Origin: Candidatus Binatia bacterium
GTDB taxonomy: Bacteria; Desulfobacterota; Binatia; HRBIN30
Direction of reading: 5' to 3'
Assembly (NCBI GenBank): GCA_038245295.1
Contig: JBBRSP010000012.1
Span: 96,001-160,000, forward strand
DNA: 64,000 nucleotides
Under the pieces are notes generated by a model. That model was not told where the DNA came from. It saw only the letters and a list, made by a program, of their open reading frames with translations, and did not search any database. Both the position numbers and the translations under genes were made by a program. The number at the start of each line of letters is the position of its first letter. The first letter of the stretch is position 1. Of this stretch, positions 9,595-19,033 are shown piece by piece.

Positions 9595-11466
9595 TCAGTT
9601 GGCGTCCGTCCAGGGATACTTATCGAACGGGAAGTTGGCGCAGCCAGCCTTGGTATACTGATCGCCGGTAAATCCGCGGTTCCATTGCGCCAAGTCATGA
9701 TAGATCCGACACTTCTCCAGTTGCGAAGCTAGCCGCGAATCCTTGGCGATAGCGTCAATCAGGCCCGCACGGGTCACCGAATCGGCCGACATTCGCACAC
9801 CACCCCCGGCCGCCGTGTCCAAGACGACGAACTTCGGGGCTGTCGGCGCCGTCGGATCCCAGGCTTGCCACTCGGGTAGCTGGCCATCCTGTCCCTTGCC
9901 TGGCGAGCCGGTGCGCGCAAATTGCGCCCAGTACGACATCATCTGCTTCGACAGGGCGAGGCGTCCGGGCTCACTAGCGCTCGAAAACAAGATGTCGCCG
10001 GCACGTCCGAGATCGAAGTGTCCGAAGACGAACGGGATCTCAAGTCCGTGGCCGGCACCAACGAGGACCGATAGGTCTGCGCCCAGCAACGTAGGCTCTT
10101 CGTCCCAGTCGAAGCGATAGGCATAGACGCCCGGCCCCGCCGACGCGGCCATGGTTGTCGCCGGCTCATCGACGCCAGCGGCTTTCCACCACTTGGCCAT
10201 GTACTCGGCAGTAAGGTTGTACATGCGTTCGTCGCGGATGCGCGGCAGGATGCGCAACCCGATCAGGTGGCGCACCCACATCGGATCGGCCTGCATGAAC
10301 AACTTGTTCTCGTCGCGATTGGTGCCGAGAATCACTGGCACGCGGTTGTAACCGTCCGGGGCGGCAAACCGCGACAAGGCTTCCGCCTGCGGCAAGACCG
10401 TACCCTCACGGGTCAGCAGCGGCATGCGGATCATGCCGCTTTGATTCATCGGCGAATACGCCGACAGGACATCGAAGGCACTCTTGCCACGCAAGAGCTT
10501 TTCAATGTCGGCCGGGCGCATGGCTGCCAAGCGCGCCTTCGCCGCCGCTCGGTCGGCAGCGCCATCCTTCATCAAGAAGCGGAGCAGAGCTTCGTTCGAG
10601 CTGTTGGCCTCGCCAGGCGACGAATCATCGACGAGATTCTCGGCGGCAATTGCGTCGTTGAAAAAGAAGCCACCGCTTTCGACGATAGCGCGATGGAACA
10701 AACCTTTCGCTTGCGGCGCGAGGAGCAGAGAATAAACGTTGGTCCCGCCGGCCGATTCGCCGAAGATCGTCACATTGCCCGGATCGCCGCCAAACTCGGC
10801 GATATTGTCACGCACCCATTCCAAGCTCCGGACGAGGTCGAGGGTACCGAAGTTGCCGGATTGGTCGAGCTCCGTGCTGTCAGCATCGCGCAGGGACGCG
10901 TGACGAAACCAGCCGAAGGGTCCGAGTCGATAGTTGGCGCTGACGACGATGACGCGCTGGCTCGCGGCGAGGTTGCCGCCATTGTAGAAACCAGACTCGC
11001 CAATCGTATTGCCCCCACCGTGGATCCACAGCATCACAGGCAAGTGCTGTTGTTTCGGCGGCGCGCCGACGGCGAAGCGCGGCGACCAGATGTTGAGGAA
11101 AAGACAGTCTTCACTGCCAACCGGCGTTCCAGGCTTGGCGGTCGTGACACCGCCGAACTCACTGGCATACTGCACACACGGAGAGCCGAACGACAGCGAT
11201 TCGCGCACGCCAGTCCATGCTGTCGGTGACTGGGGGGCGCGCCAACGCAGCGCGCCGACGGGCGCTTTGGCATAGGGAATCCCAAGCCAGGCATCACTCT
11301 CATAGTCGGCGCGATAGCCTACAACGTCGCCGCTGGTCGTCGTGCGTTTGGTTGACGCTTCGGCTTGCGGCACTGCTTTGCGCTCGGGGCCACAGCCGCT
11401 CATCGCGGCAACCAACATGAGTGCGCTGGCGGCAGTTCGGATTGTTCCGGCTCTTGCCATCGGCAT
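9595..11466 (-). CDS. type-B carboxylesterase, lipoprotein
   Basis: Lipobox-like AAMSGC; LGIPYA.AP.G.LRW.AP, SEDCLFLNIW, HGGG, GESAGG, H.LEIPFVFG; start 11466 or 11460 after a GGAAGGAG RBS (ORF-track start 11670 overlaps the upstream gene). Confidence 0.92.
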   Translation of the reverse strand: MPMARAGTIRTAASALMLVAAMSGCGPERKAVPQAEASTKRTTTSGDVVGYRADYESDAWLGIPYAKAPVGALRWRAPQSPTAWTGVRESLSFGSPCVQYASEFGGVTTAKPGTPVGSEDCLFLNIWSPRFAVGAPPKQQHLPVMLWIHGGGNTIGESGFYNGGNLAASQRVIVVSANYRLGPFGWFRHASLRDADSTELDQSGNFGTLDLVRSLEWVRDNIAEFGGDPGNVTIFGESAGGTNVYSLLLAPQAKGLFHRAIVESGGFFFNDAIAAENLVDDSSPGEANSSNEALLRFLMKDGAADRAAAKARLAAMRPADIEKLLRGKSAFDVLSAYSPMNQSGMIRMPLLTREGTVLPQAEALSRFAAPDGYNRVPVILGTNRDENKLFMQADPMWVRHLIGLRILPRIRDERMYNLTAEYMAKWWKAAGVDEPATTMAASAGPGVYAYRFDWDEEPTLLGADLSVLVGAGHGLEIPFVFGHFDLGRAGDILFSSASEPGRLALSKQMMSYWAQFARTGSPGKGQDGQLPEWQAWDPTAPTAPKFVVLDTAAGGGVRMSADSVTRAGLIDAIAKDSRLASQLEKCRIYHDLAQWNRGFTGDQYTKAGCANFPFDKYPWTDAN

Positions 11467-11555
11467 TCTCCTTCCGATCAAGTGGACCCGGGCGAAAGAC
11501 CATATCCCCGACCGATGCACAACCAAGGCGGTTTCCACCCACGTGGGTTCGCCTT

Positions 11556-11951
11556 CTATGGCGTGATCTGCAATCCGAAGAAAACCTGTGCCACCGCCAG
11601 CAAGAGCCCCACACTCCCAAGCGCCACATGAATGTTGCGACGGTTCAGCGAACTCATCGATCGCGAGCACGCATATGCCGCCCCAAGCACCAGGACGAGG
11701 GCGCTACCAATACGCAGATGCATGCTCGCGGCGAGTTCCAGGTCTGGTCGGAGGGTCCAGACGGAAAGCAGTCCGAAGATCCACGATACAAGGTTGAACC
11801 CGAAGGCAACCGGGGCGATGCGCCTGTGGCGTTGCAGGAGTTCGGCCTTACCGCGCCGCACATTGCGTGAGCGCAGCCCCAGGGAGCCCGCATAAAACAA
11901 CAGGGCGACCGTCGCGGCACCGACGATGGGATGGAGATAACTGAGCGGCAT
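11556..11951 (-). CDS. DUF4079-like small membrane protein (4 TM, conserved His)
   Basis: LHP, RHRR, HLRIG, IHVALG pattern with four hydrophobic segments; abuts the ADH stop. Confidence 0.7.
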   Translation of the reverse strand: MPLSYLHPIVGAATVALLFYAGSLGLRSRNVRRGKAELLQRHRRIAPVAFGFNLVSWIFGLLSVWTLRPDLELAASMHLRIGSALVLVLGAAYACSRSMSSLNRRNIHVALGSVGLLLAVAQVFFGLQITP

Positions 11952-13187
11952 TCAGCGACGCTCGGGATACTCGAAGAGGACTTTCACCGCCGCACTCTTG
12001 CCTTGATCGAAGCAGGTGAGGAAGGCGGCACGATAGTCGTCAAGTGCGAAGCGATGCGTGAGGATTGGGGTCACGTCGATACGATGCGTGCGGATGAATT
12101 CGAAATACCACTCCATCGCGTGCTGTCGCCGGCCTTGCCACTCTTCTACGCCAAAGGCATTCGAGCCGATCAAGGAAATCTCTTTGAAGTAGAGAGGCGT
12201 CCACTCGAAGCGTTTGGGCTTCTCGACACCGGTGACGACAATCTTGCCGCGGCTGCGCGTGACCCGCACGCCCACCTCGATAGACTCCGGCGACCCGACC
12301 GAATCGTAGACGACGTCAACGCCACCGTTCAGCATGGGGCGACCGTACCAGGGTTTGAGAAGCGGCGACTTGGTGAGCTCGCTAACGCGTTGCAGGATCT
12401 GTTCGACGGGCCGCCAGGAAAATACTTCCGCCGCGCCGAACTGTCGTGCCAGCTTTTCCTGATGCGCAAAGCGCGCCACCGCAAACACCCGCACCTGCGG
12501 GAATAACGCGCGCAGGATGGCGATGTTGAGGAGCCCGAGTGTACCGCAGCCATAGACGATGACCGTGCCGGTCGGCGGCGGCGGACTCAGCAATGTTGCG
12601 TGCAGCGAAACGGAAAATGGATCGGCGAGCACCGCTTGTTCGAAGGTGACCTCGTCAGGAATCGGAATACATTGCGCCGCATGAGCCGGCACCATATTGG
12701 CAAAGCCGCCGGTCGCGTCGCTGCTGTTGCCGTGATGAATGCCGGGTGCGATTGCGCCGGCGGTGAAGTTCTCGCATTGGGCGAGATCGCCGCGCTTGCA
12801 CCATTCACACACGGGGTCGATGCCGCGTGGCACGCAGGACAACCAAGGATTCAACACGACCCTTTGGCCACGCCGCGCGCCGGGCACGCCGTCGCCGACC
12901 GCGTCGATGTAGCCGACAACCTCGTGGCCGAGCACCTGGGGGAAGGAAATCAGTGCCGTCATCGGGTTGTCGAAACTGCCGTTGAGGAAGACCTGCTTGT
13001 AATCGCTGCCGCAGAGACCGCACAGCGAGGTCCGGATCGTCACCCAGCCGGGTCGCGGGAAAGGATCGGGTATTTCACGCAAGGAGATTGGCGCCAGGGC
13101 GCTTACGTAGGCACCGGGCCACACGGTCGCGAGCATCTTGGTCGCCACGGTACGGGCCATGTCGTTTTCGAAGACGAGAGCCTTCAT
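11952..13187 (-). CDS. zinc-binding alcohol dehydrogenase (MDR)
   Basis: GLCGSD, GHEVVG, structural Zn Cys cluster C..(C..C).......C, GCGTLG. Confidence 0.92.
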   Translation of the reverse strand: MKALVFENDMARTVATKMLATVWPGAYVSALAPISLREIPDPFPRPGWVTIRTSLCGLCGSDYKQVFLNGSFDNPMTALISFPQVLGHEVVGYIDAVGDGVPGARRGQRVVLNPWLSCVPRGIDPVCEWCKRGDLAQCENFTAGAIAPGIHHGNSSDATGGFANMVPAHAAQCIPIPDEVTFEQAVLADPFSVSLHATLLSPPPPTGTVIVYGCGTLGLLNIAILRALFPQVRVFAVARFAHQEKLARQFGAAEVFSWRPVEQILQRVSELTKSPLLKPWYGRPMLNGGVDVVYDSVGSPESIEVGVRVTRSRGKIVVTGVEKPKRFEWTPLYFKEISLIGSNAFGVEEWQGRRQHAMEWYFEFIRTHRIDVTPILTHRFALDDYRAAFLTCFDQGKSAAVKVLFEYPERR

Positions 13188-13256
13188 TGGTTTCTCGGGC
13201 CCATATCACGAGGCTAGCGCAAAAGGTAAGCCTCCGTCTCCCTTAGGCTCAGAGTT

Positions 13257-14450
13257 TCAACCGAGAGCGGCAACCGCGCGGCGCAGGATGACCGTGGCAC
13301 GATCGATCTCGGCCTCGCTGATCACCAGGGGCGGCGCAAGGCGCACGACCGTGTCGCGATGCAGCGTCCAGTTGAGGATCAGCCCTTCCTCATAGCAGCG
13401 CGCGGAAAAGCGTCGCGTTTGTTCTGGTGTTTCAAATTCGATCGCCATGAGCAGCCCACGGCCGCGGACCTCGCGTACGGGTTTGCCGAGCTCGCGACGC
13501 AGACGATCGAGCCAGGCTGCACCAACTTGCGCCGCGCGCGCCGGAAGGTCTTCCGCAAGCAACACATTGAGCCCGGCGAGACCAGCGGCACAACACACCG
13601 GATGACCGCCGAAGGTCGTAACATGCGCCAGGGGTGGATCATGAGACAGCGTCGCCATCACCGAGGAAGTTCCGATGAACGCGCCGAGCGGCATCCCTCC
13701 ACCAAGAGCTTTCGCCAGCACCAGGAGATCAGGAACAACTCCCCAATGCTGGCTTGCAAAGATCTTCCCTGTGCGCCCAAATCCGGTGATCACTTCATCA
13801 TGGATCAGCAGAGCACCGACGGCCGAGCAGCGCCGCCGCAGCGCCGCGTGAAACGTCGGCGACGGAGTACGCACTCCGCCCTCTCCCTGAATGGGCTCGA
13901 TGATGACGGCGGCCACCCCCTCGTCAATCCGCGCCAGGGCTGTCTCGTCATCGAACGGCAAGAACTCCACGCCCGGCAACAGCGGTTCGAACGGTTCGCG
14001 GTAGATTGGGTTTCCGCCTACAGAGAGTGCGCCAAAGGTGTCCCCGTGAAACGAACCCTCGAAGGCGACCAGGCGCGTTCGTCCTGTCGACTTGCGCGCG
14101 GTTTTCAGCGCTCCCTCGACGGCCTCGGCGCCACTATTGGTGAAGTACACCACCGACAGGTCGCCCGGCGCGATCTCGGCAAGGCGGCCGGCGAGAGAAA
14201 CCTGCGGCGCTTGGATCATCTCTCCGTAGACGGAGACGTGCAGATATCTGCTTGCCTGGTCCTGAATCGCGGCCACGACGCGGGGATGTGCATGACCGAG
14301 GTTGGCAACGCCCATCCCTGCCAGCAAATCGATATACTCCCGCCCACTCGCATCGCGAATGATGCATCCACTCGCTTCGGCAACAATGAGACCGAGTGGC
14401 CCGTCAGATGTCTGGCAAACATGGCGTAAAAAGGTCGACCGCAAATCCAT
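13257..14450 (-). CDS. class III PLP-dependent aminotransferase (ArgD-like)
   Basis: NSGAEAVEGALK, SFHG.T.G, EPIQGEGG, DEVITGFGRTG, AKALGGG.P.G, TTFGGHP. Confidence 0.92.
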   Translation of the reverse strand: MDLRSTFLRHVCQTSDGPLGLIVAEASGCIIRDASGREYIDLLAGMGVANLGHAHPRVVAAIQDQASRYLHVSVYGEMIQAPQVSLAGRLAEIAPGDLSVVYFTNSGAEAVEGALKTARKSTGRTRLVAFEGSFHGDTFGALSVGGNPIYREPFEPLLPGVEFLPFDDETALARIDEGVAAVIIEPIQGEGGVRTPSPTFHAALRRRCSAVGALLIHDEVITGFGRTGKIFASQHWGVVPDLLVLAKALGGGMPLGAFIGTSSVMATLSHDPPLAHVTTFGGHPVCCAAGLAGLNVLLAEDLPARAAQVGAAWLDRLRRELGKPVREVRGRGLLMAIEFETPEQTRRFSARCYEEGLILNWTLHRDTVVRLAPPLVISEAEIDRATVILRRAVAALG

Positions 14451-14483
14451 ATTCTCCCCTTAGCAGTCCGCTGAAACGGACTG

Positions 14484-15752
14484 TTAGCGCGACGGACGAT
14501 CAACGAGCCAGTCGGATACCCTACGGCGCCCGCCCTGATGCCATTCGAGGCCGGGCAATTGCATCGTACCCAAGGGGCAGATGCGCGGAACGCCGCTGTG
14601 GCGGAGGAGTCGCGTCATGGCTTCCGTTTGCCACTCATCCACGGCAAGACCGGCTGCCTCGAGCAAGCTGCGATGTGGTTGCAACACCTCGGGGAGAACC
14701 CGAAAGTCCGGCACCACTTTCAGGCGCACGGCGCGATACAGGCAAGTGGGCAGAAATGTCGCGTTGGGCTCAACGGTAATCGTCCAATCGGTTGTTCCCA
14801 GACTCTGCACCAACGAGGGCAGCCCGGGCGAGTGTTCGGCCCATTCCGCGTCTTGCCGAAACCGCTGAATCGCCGCGTGATCGGCAAATTCGCGATGGCG
14901 CGGCGGCAACTCACGCGCCCAATACGTTAGGCACTTCGCCAGTTCCTCGAGGAATATCTCGAGTGCCGAACGGTCACCGCCTTCCACGTAGCACAGCTGC
15001 GGTGAGAGGCAGCCGAGTTGATCCCAGAGCGACATATCGTATGCCAACGCATCGGCCGCGCGCAGACGCATCGACGCATCCCGGAGGGTGGGTGCATCGA
15101 TCACCGCAAAGCTGATCTTGTGCCCATGGCCGATGAATTTGCCGCGCACACGCGCCGCGATCTGAGCCAGCGCTGTGTCGGAGCCGAAGGCCGTAACCAC
15201 ATCGGGGCGCGAGAAGGCGACGGCTTCGATATCCTGCTCACCGCCACGCCAATCGGCGACCAGATGGGCCGCCGCCACTTCCGCGTCCACTCGCGCCAAG
15301 GACTCCGCAAATAGATGCGGGAACAATGGATCTCCGGCAGCCGGTTTGATGGCGATGGGGACACCGAGTGCGAGCGCCAGCACCGTGTTGCGCACGCCGA
15401 GCGCCGGCAGATTGCCAGACAAGACGTGCAGCAACATGTTCGGCAGACGATCAGCCGGCGGGCGCTCGCAGCGACCCAGCTCGGCATCGATGACGCCGGC
15501 GATCGCCTCGGCTCGCAGAGGGGCCAGCAGTAGAGGCAGCGCATGCCGCAGCATCGGTTGAGAGAAGCCCGTCGTGTGCGGCAGCTGCCGCAAGGCCTCG
15601 GTCATTTCCACCGAGTGGGCCTCCAGCCACGGCGTTACGGCGCGATCAAGGACGGCGAGTACGTCGGGCAATGAACGTCGGCGCAAGCGTTCGCCGGCGG
15701 TAGCCAGGACGGCAAGACGTTGATCCAAGATCTCCGGGGTCAGCGGTGACAC
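14484..15752 (-). CDS. LuxC-like acyl-CoA/acyl-protein reductase
   Basis: HVLSGNLP, AFGSD, GHGHKISF, DQLGCLSPQ (catalytic Cys), G..RICPLG.MQ.P...WH.GG; GTG 15752 start inferred because the longer ORF overlaps the divergent gene. Confidence 0.85.
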   Translation of the reverse strand: MSPLTPEILDQRLAVLATAGERLRRRSLPDVLAVLDRAVTPWLEAHSVEMTEALRQLPHTTGFSQPMLRHALPLLLAPLRAEAIAGVIDAELGRCERPPADRLPNMLLHVLSGNLPALGVRNTVLALALGVPIAIKPAAGDPLFPHLFAESLARVDAEVAAAHLVADWRGGEQDIEAVAFSRPDVVTAFGSDTALAQIAARVRGKFIGHGHKISFAVIDAPTLRDASMRLRAADALAYDMSLWDQLGCLSPQLCYVEGGDRSALEIFLEELAKCLTYWARELPPRHREFADHAAIQRFRQDAEWAEHSPGLPSLVQSLGTTDWTITVEPNATFLPTCLYRAVRLKVVPDFRVLPEVLQPHRSLLEAAGLAVDEWQTEAMTRLLRHSGVPRICPLGTMQLPGLEWHQGGRRRVSDWLVDRPSR

Positions 15753-15834
15753 GAAGAGAGAGTATCCGCGGCCGCGGCCGGCCGCCAGTTCCACGGCTTC
15801 CCCCTGCACGGGTCTTTCACTAGAGTACCGGGTC

Positions 15835-16278
15835 ATGAGCTGGAACAATCGCGGACGTTTCGTCTCGCCGTCTGATGCCGAAGAACGACGGCAGCGCCAA
15901 CCCACCAATCTGGCCGAGAAGTACGACATCAGCGATTTCGATCTCTTCTGCGCCTACCATCTCGGCATCACCAAAGAAGGCACGTACCAGTTTCAGAACG
16001 TCCATCAGGTGGCCAAGCAGTTCGGCGTCAATGCCGCCATCATCAAGCAGCTCCTCGCCGATTTCGGCATCGATTCCGACACGATCATCCACAGCGACTT
16101 CGACCTCGCCGGGGCGCAAGTCGACATCATGCTGGCGCCACCGGGAGTCGATTTGTTCGACATTGGGCGTCAATACTATATGGCGTTTCGCAGCGCGCCG
16201 AAGCGCAACCGCAATTGGTTCAAAGAGCTCGAGGAAGCAGCACGCGACAACGAACGGATCTTTGGTCGTAAAGACTGA
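15835..16278 (+). CDS. conserved hypothetical protein, possible HTH
   Basis: 147 aa, protein-like composition; NVHQVAKQFGVNAAIIKQLLADFGI resembles an HTH; fits cleanly between luxC-like and luxE-like genes. Confidence 0.75.
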   Translation: MSWNNRGRFVSPSDAEERRQRQPTNLAEKYDISDFDLFCAYHLGITKEGTYQFQNVHQVAKQFGVNAAIIKQLLADFGIDSDTIIHSDFDLAGAQVDIMLAPPGVDLFDIGRQYYMAFRSAPKRNRNWFKELEEAARDNERIFGRKD

Positions 16279-16290
16279 TCAATCCAAGCC

Positions 16291-17361
16291 TCAGGCGACG
16301 AAGTGGCTTAGTGCCAGCGAGCAGCCGCGCAACTCGGAACCGGTGGCGCGGCCAATGACGTCGAAGCCATACGCGGTTCGACGCCCAATGTCCTCGGTGA
16401 GAACGGCGAGTGCGCTCCCGACGTTGGCCAGATCGATGTGACACAGCAGACCGGACTCGCCTTCCGCAACGTCCTTGAGAGTCTGCGGATCAAGAAACCG
16501 GGTCCGCAGCCAGGCTGGGCCAACTTTGGCGCGATGCGAGAAGCGACCGGCGCAGCGATCAATGAGCACGTTGTCGTAGTACTGCGAGGAGAGCTCGCTC
16601 ATGCCGTATTCGTTGACCACGTAGTAGCCGGGGATGGCGAAGGTCGACCAGATCGCCTGCAGCAAACCATTGCGCGACAGCACTCGTGGTGCACCCTTAG
16701 CGCCGCCCGTGTCCATCAGCCGGCTACTGTGCGGCAGCCGGAACAACAGATCGCGCTCGCGGCAGTAGTCGAAAAACGAGACAAGCCCCGCGGTCGTGGT
16801 GAGGATACACAGAGGCGCGCCATCGCCTTCGCTTTGCCGAAGTCCCTCGACAAATGGTTCGAACTGAAACACCCCTGGCGTTGCACAACACCGCGAAGAC
16901 TCATCGCCGAAGACCTCGATCGCCCAACTCACCATCTGCGCCAAGGAGGACTCGGGCCAGTCGATGCTTCGCGGTACAAGCGACAGGATCCGCATCTGGG
17001 CGACGTCGGGGAACAGGAAGCGGCGCAAACCCGCAACCGACGCGGCACGATACAAGCGCAGATCCGGCATGGCATGTCTGCTGCGCTGATCCGTTCCCTG
17101 TGTCGTACCGCTGCTCAAGAAGATGCGTTCGGGCACGTCGCACGACAACTGTCGTTGCTTGAACGCAGAGACCGGCACGAGTGGAATATCGCGCCAGCCG
17201 CGCACTGTTGCCGGCGTCGAGCCGCGCTGTTCGCAAACCCGCCGATAGAGCTCGATGTATTCAAATTGATGTTGGAAAATCCTCAGAGCGAGCGGTTCGA
17301 AATGCTCCGCCTCCGGGGCCGCTATGAACTCGAGAACGGTGTCGTGGAGAACGTGCGGCAC
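16291..17361 (-). CDS. LuxE-like acyl-protein synthetase
   Basis: F.HQFE....YR, P.SAFK, FLSSGTT, TGG.KG, NEYGMSELSSQYY, LTED.G, GR...SELRGCS (acylated Cys). Confidence 0.9.
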   Translation of the reverse strand: MPHVLHDTVLEFIAAPEAEHFEPLALRIFQHQFEYIELYRRVCEQRGSTPATVRGWRDIPLVPVSAFKQRQLSCDVPERIFLSSGTTQGTDQRSRHAMPDLRLYRAASVAGLRRFLFPDVAQMRILSLVPRSIDWPESSLAQMVSWAIEVFGDESSRCCATPGVFQFEPFVEGLRQSEGDGAPLCILTTTAGLVSFFDYCRERDLLFRLPHSSRLMDTGGAKGAPRVLSRNGLLQAIWSTFAIPGYYVVNEYGMSELSSQYYDNVLIDRCAGRFSHRAKVGPAWLRTRFLDPQTLKDVAEGESGLLCHIDLANVGSALAVLTEDIGRRTAYGFDVIGRATGSELRGCSLALSHFVA

Positions 17362-17363
17362 GT

Positions 17364-17864
17364 TCAGTCCGCTGCCAGGAACGGTCCACCAAGCTGGCGA
17401 AACGCCTCGTACGCCACGATCGAAACGGCATTAGATAGATTCAGACTACGCACGTGCGGGCTCACGATTGGGATGACGTACGTCGCGTCGCCATGGTCGT
17501 CCAACAGGTGGCGGGGCAATCCTTTGGTCTCGCAACCAAACACCAGATAGTCGTTGCATGCGTGACGTGCCTCCGTATAAGGGCGCGTTGTGCGCGCGGA
17601 GTAAAAGAAGCAGCGCGGCTCTGTCTCTTGAGCGCGTAGAAAAGACGACCAATCGTCATGCACCACGACGTCCACCCATGGCCAGTAATCGAGTCCGGCA
17701 CGTTTGAGATAACGATCATCAAGCGAGAAGCCGAGCGGCCGGATGAGGTGCAAGCGACTACGAGTAGCGGCGCAGAGCCGTGCGATACTGCCGGTGTTCT
17801 GTGGGATCTCAGGCGTCACCAGGACGACGTGCAGCGCCGGCGCGGCTTCAATGAACGGCGGCAA
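17364..17864 (-). CDS. trmL: tRNA (cytidine/uridine-34-2'-O)-methyltransferase
   Basis: PEIPQNTG.IARLC, LGFSLDD..LKRAGLDYW, FG.ETKGLP, RSLNLSNAV. Confidence 0.95.
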   Translation of the reverse strand: MPPFIEAAPALHVVLVTPEIPQNTGSIARLCAATRSRLHLIRPLGFSLDDRYLKRAGLDYWPWVDVVVHDDWSSFLRAQETEPRCFFYSARTTRPYTEARHACNDYLVFGCETKGLPRHLLDDHGDATYVIPIVSPHVRSLNLSNAVSIVAYEAFRQLGGPFLAAD

Positions 17865-18345
17865 GCGAGACCGTTTCGGCGCCGCAGCGCAATTGGAAGC
17901 CGCCGTCGTGCGATTCCTCGATACGCTCGGCGAGTTGGTTGTGTGCGGCGCGCAAAAAGCGAGCGCGCTCCGTGCCTTGCTTGACGGCGGCGGACAACGA
18001 GCCGTCGGCGGACACGGCTAGACTGTGCGGGTCCAGAGGCTCACGCGAGTCGTCGTTCAGCCGCAGAGTAAAGCTTCCGTCCTGATTCACGTCTACTGCC
18101 GTAACCACGAAGGGAGTGTCCTCGACGTCGACATCCGCATGATAACGTTCGTCGATCCAGATCTCGTACGATGTTTCGCCAGGCTTACGGCGCATATGGC
18201 GGCTAAACAGGAGAGCCAACTTGGTGTGCACTACGGGTTCTTCGTCCGCGTACCAACGGCCATCACACCGGAACGTGATCTTCGAAGTATGAATCGCGTA
18301 GAAGCCGGCACCGGGCATGGGAACCTCAGCGGTCGTTCGTATCAA
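17848..18345 (-). CDS. DUF1285-like protein
   Basis: DGRWY....V.H, VDVEDTPFVV, RLND...E.LDP, ARF.RAA..QL. Confidence 0.75.
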   Translation of the reverse strand: MIRTTAEVPMPGAGFYAIHTSKITFRCDGRWYADEEPVVHTKLALLFSRHMRRKPGETSYEIWIDERYHADVDVEDTPFVVTAVDVNQDGSFTLRLNDDSREPLDPHSLAVSADGSLSAAVKQGTERARFLRAAHNQLAERIEESHDGGFQLRCGAETVSLAAVH

Positions 18346-18772
18346 GGATGATGGTTACCGGCCCATCATTGATCAGTTCCACGGCCATGTCTGCTCCGAA
18401 CACCCCGGTTTGAGTCGGCACACCGAGATCTTGCGATCGCGTTGCGAAGTAGTCGTATAGTTCTTCCGCGGTATCCGGTCGAGCGGCATGAGAAAACGAC
18501 GGACGCCGCCCGCGGCGCGTGTCCGCGAACAAGGTGAACTGGGACACGATCAACAAGCTGCCGTTCACGTCGCGCACCGACATATCAAACTTCCCGCTCG
18601 CGTTGGAAAAGATCCGCAGAGCCAGGATTTTTTCGAGCAGTTGGTCGGCCTGCGCGGAGGTATCTCCGTTCTCTACGCCGAGAAGGACGAGTAGGCCGGT
18701 GCCAATGTCACCGGCCACCCTTTTACCGACGCGGACCGAGGCACTCGAAACACGTTGCAACACCGCCCGCAT
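18326..18772 (-). CDS. dtd: D-aminoacyl-tRNA deacylase
   Basis: MRAVLQRVS.A.V, LRIF, SQFTL, G.RPSF, G.FGADM.V.L.NDGPVT. Confidence 0.96.
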   Translation of the reverse strand: MRAVLQRVSSASVRVGKRVAGDIGTGLLVLLGVENGDTSAQADQLLEKILALRIFSNASGKFDMSVRDVNGSLLIVSQFTLFADTRRGRRPSFSHAARPDTAEELYDYFATRSQDLGVPTQTGVFGADMAVELINDGPVTIILDTNDR

Positions 18773-18787
18773 CAGCGTCGGACGGAC

Positions 18788-18961
18788 CTACTCCTCGTCA
18801 TCGTCCTCATCATCGTCATCATCCCAATCGTCATCATCGTCATCGTCATCGCCGTCGAGATCGTCATCGCCGTCGAGATCGTCATCGTCGCCGAAATCGT
18901 CGTCATCTTCGTCCTCGCCATCGTCTTCTTCGCGCTTCTTCAACCACCACGGATGCAGCAT
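18788..18961 (-). CDS. 57-aa extremely acidic microprotein
   Basis: Strong RBS GGAAAGGAGG before ATG 18961; MLHPWWLKKR then 39 D/E in the last 47 residues; co-oriented within a gene run. Confidence 0.75.
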   Translation of the reverse strand: MLHPWWLKKREEDDGEDEDDDDFGDDDDLDGDDDLDGDDDDDDDDWDDDDDEDDDEE

Positions 18962-19033
18962 GGGGACACCCCTCCTTTCCGACTTGAGCGCCAAAGCGAC
19001 TACCGGCAGCATTTCTCAAAGTCAACCGACACA

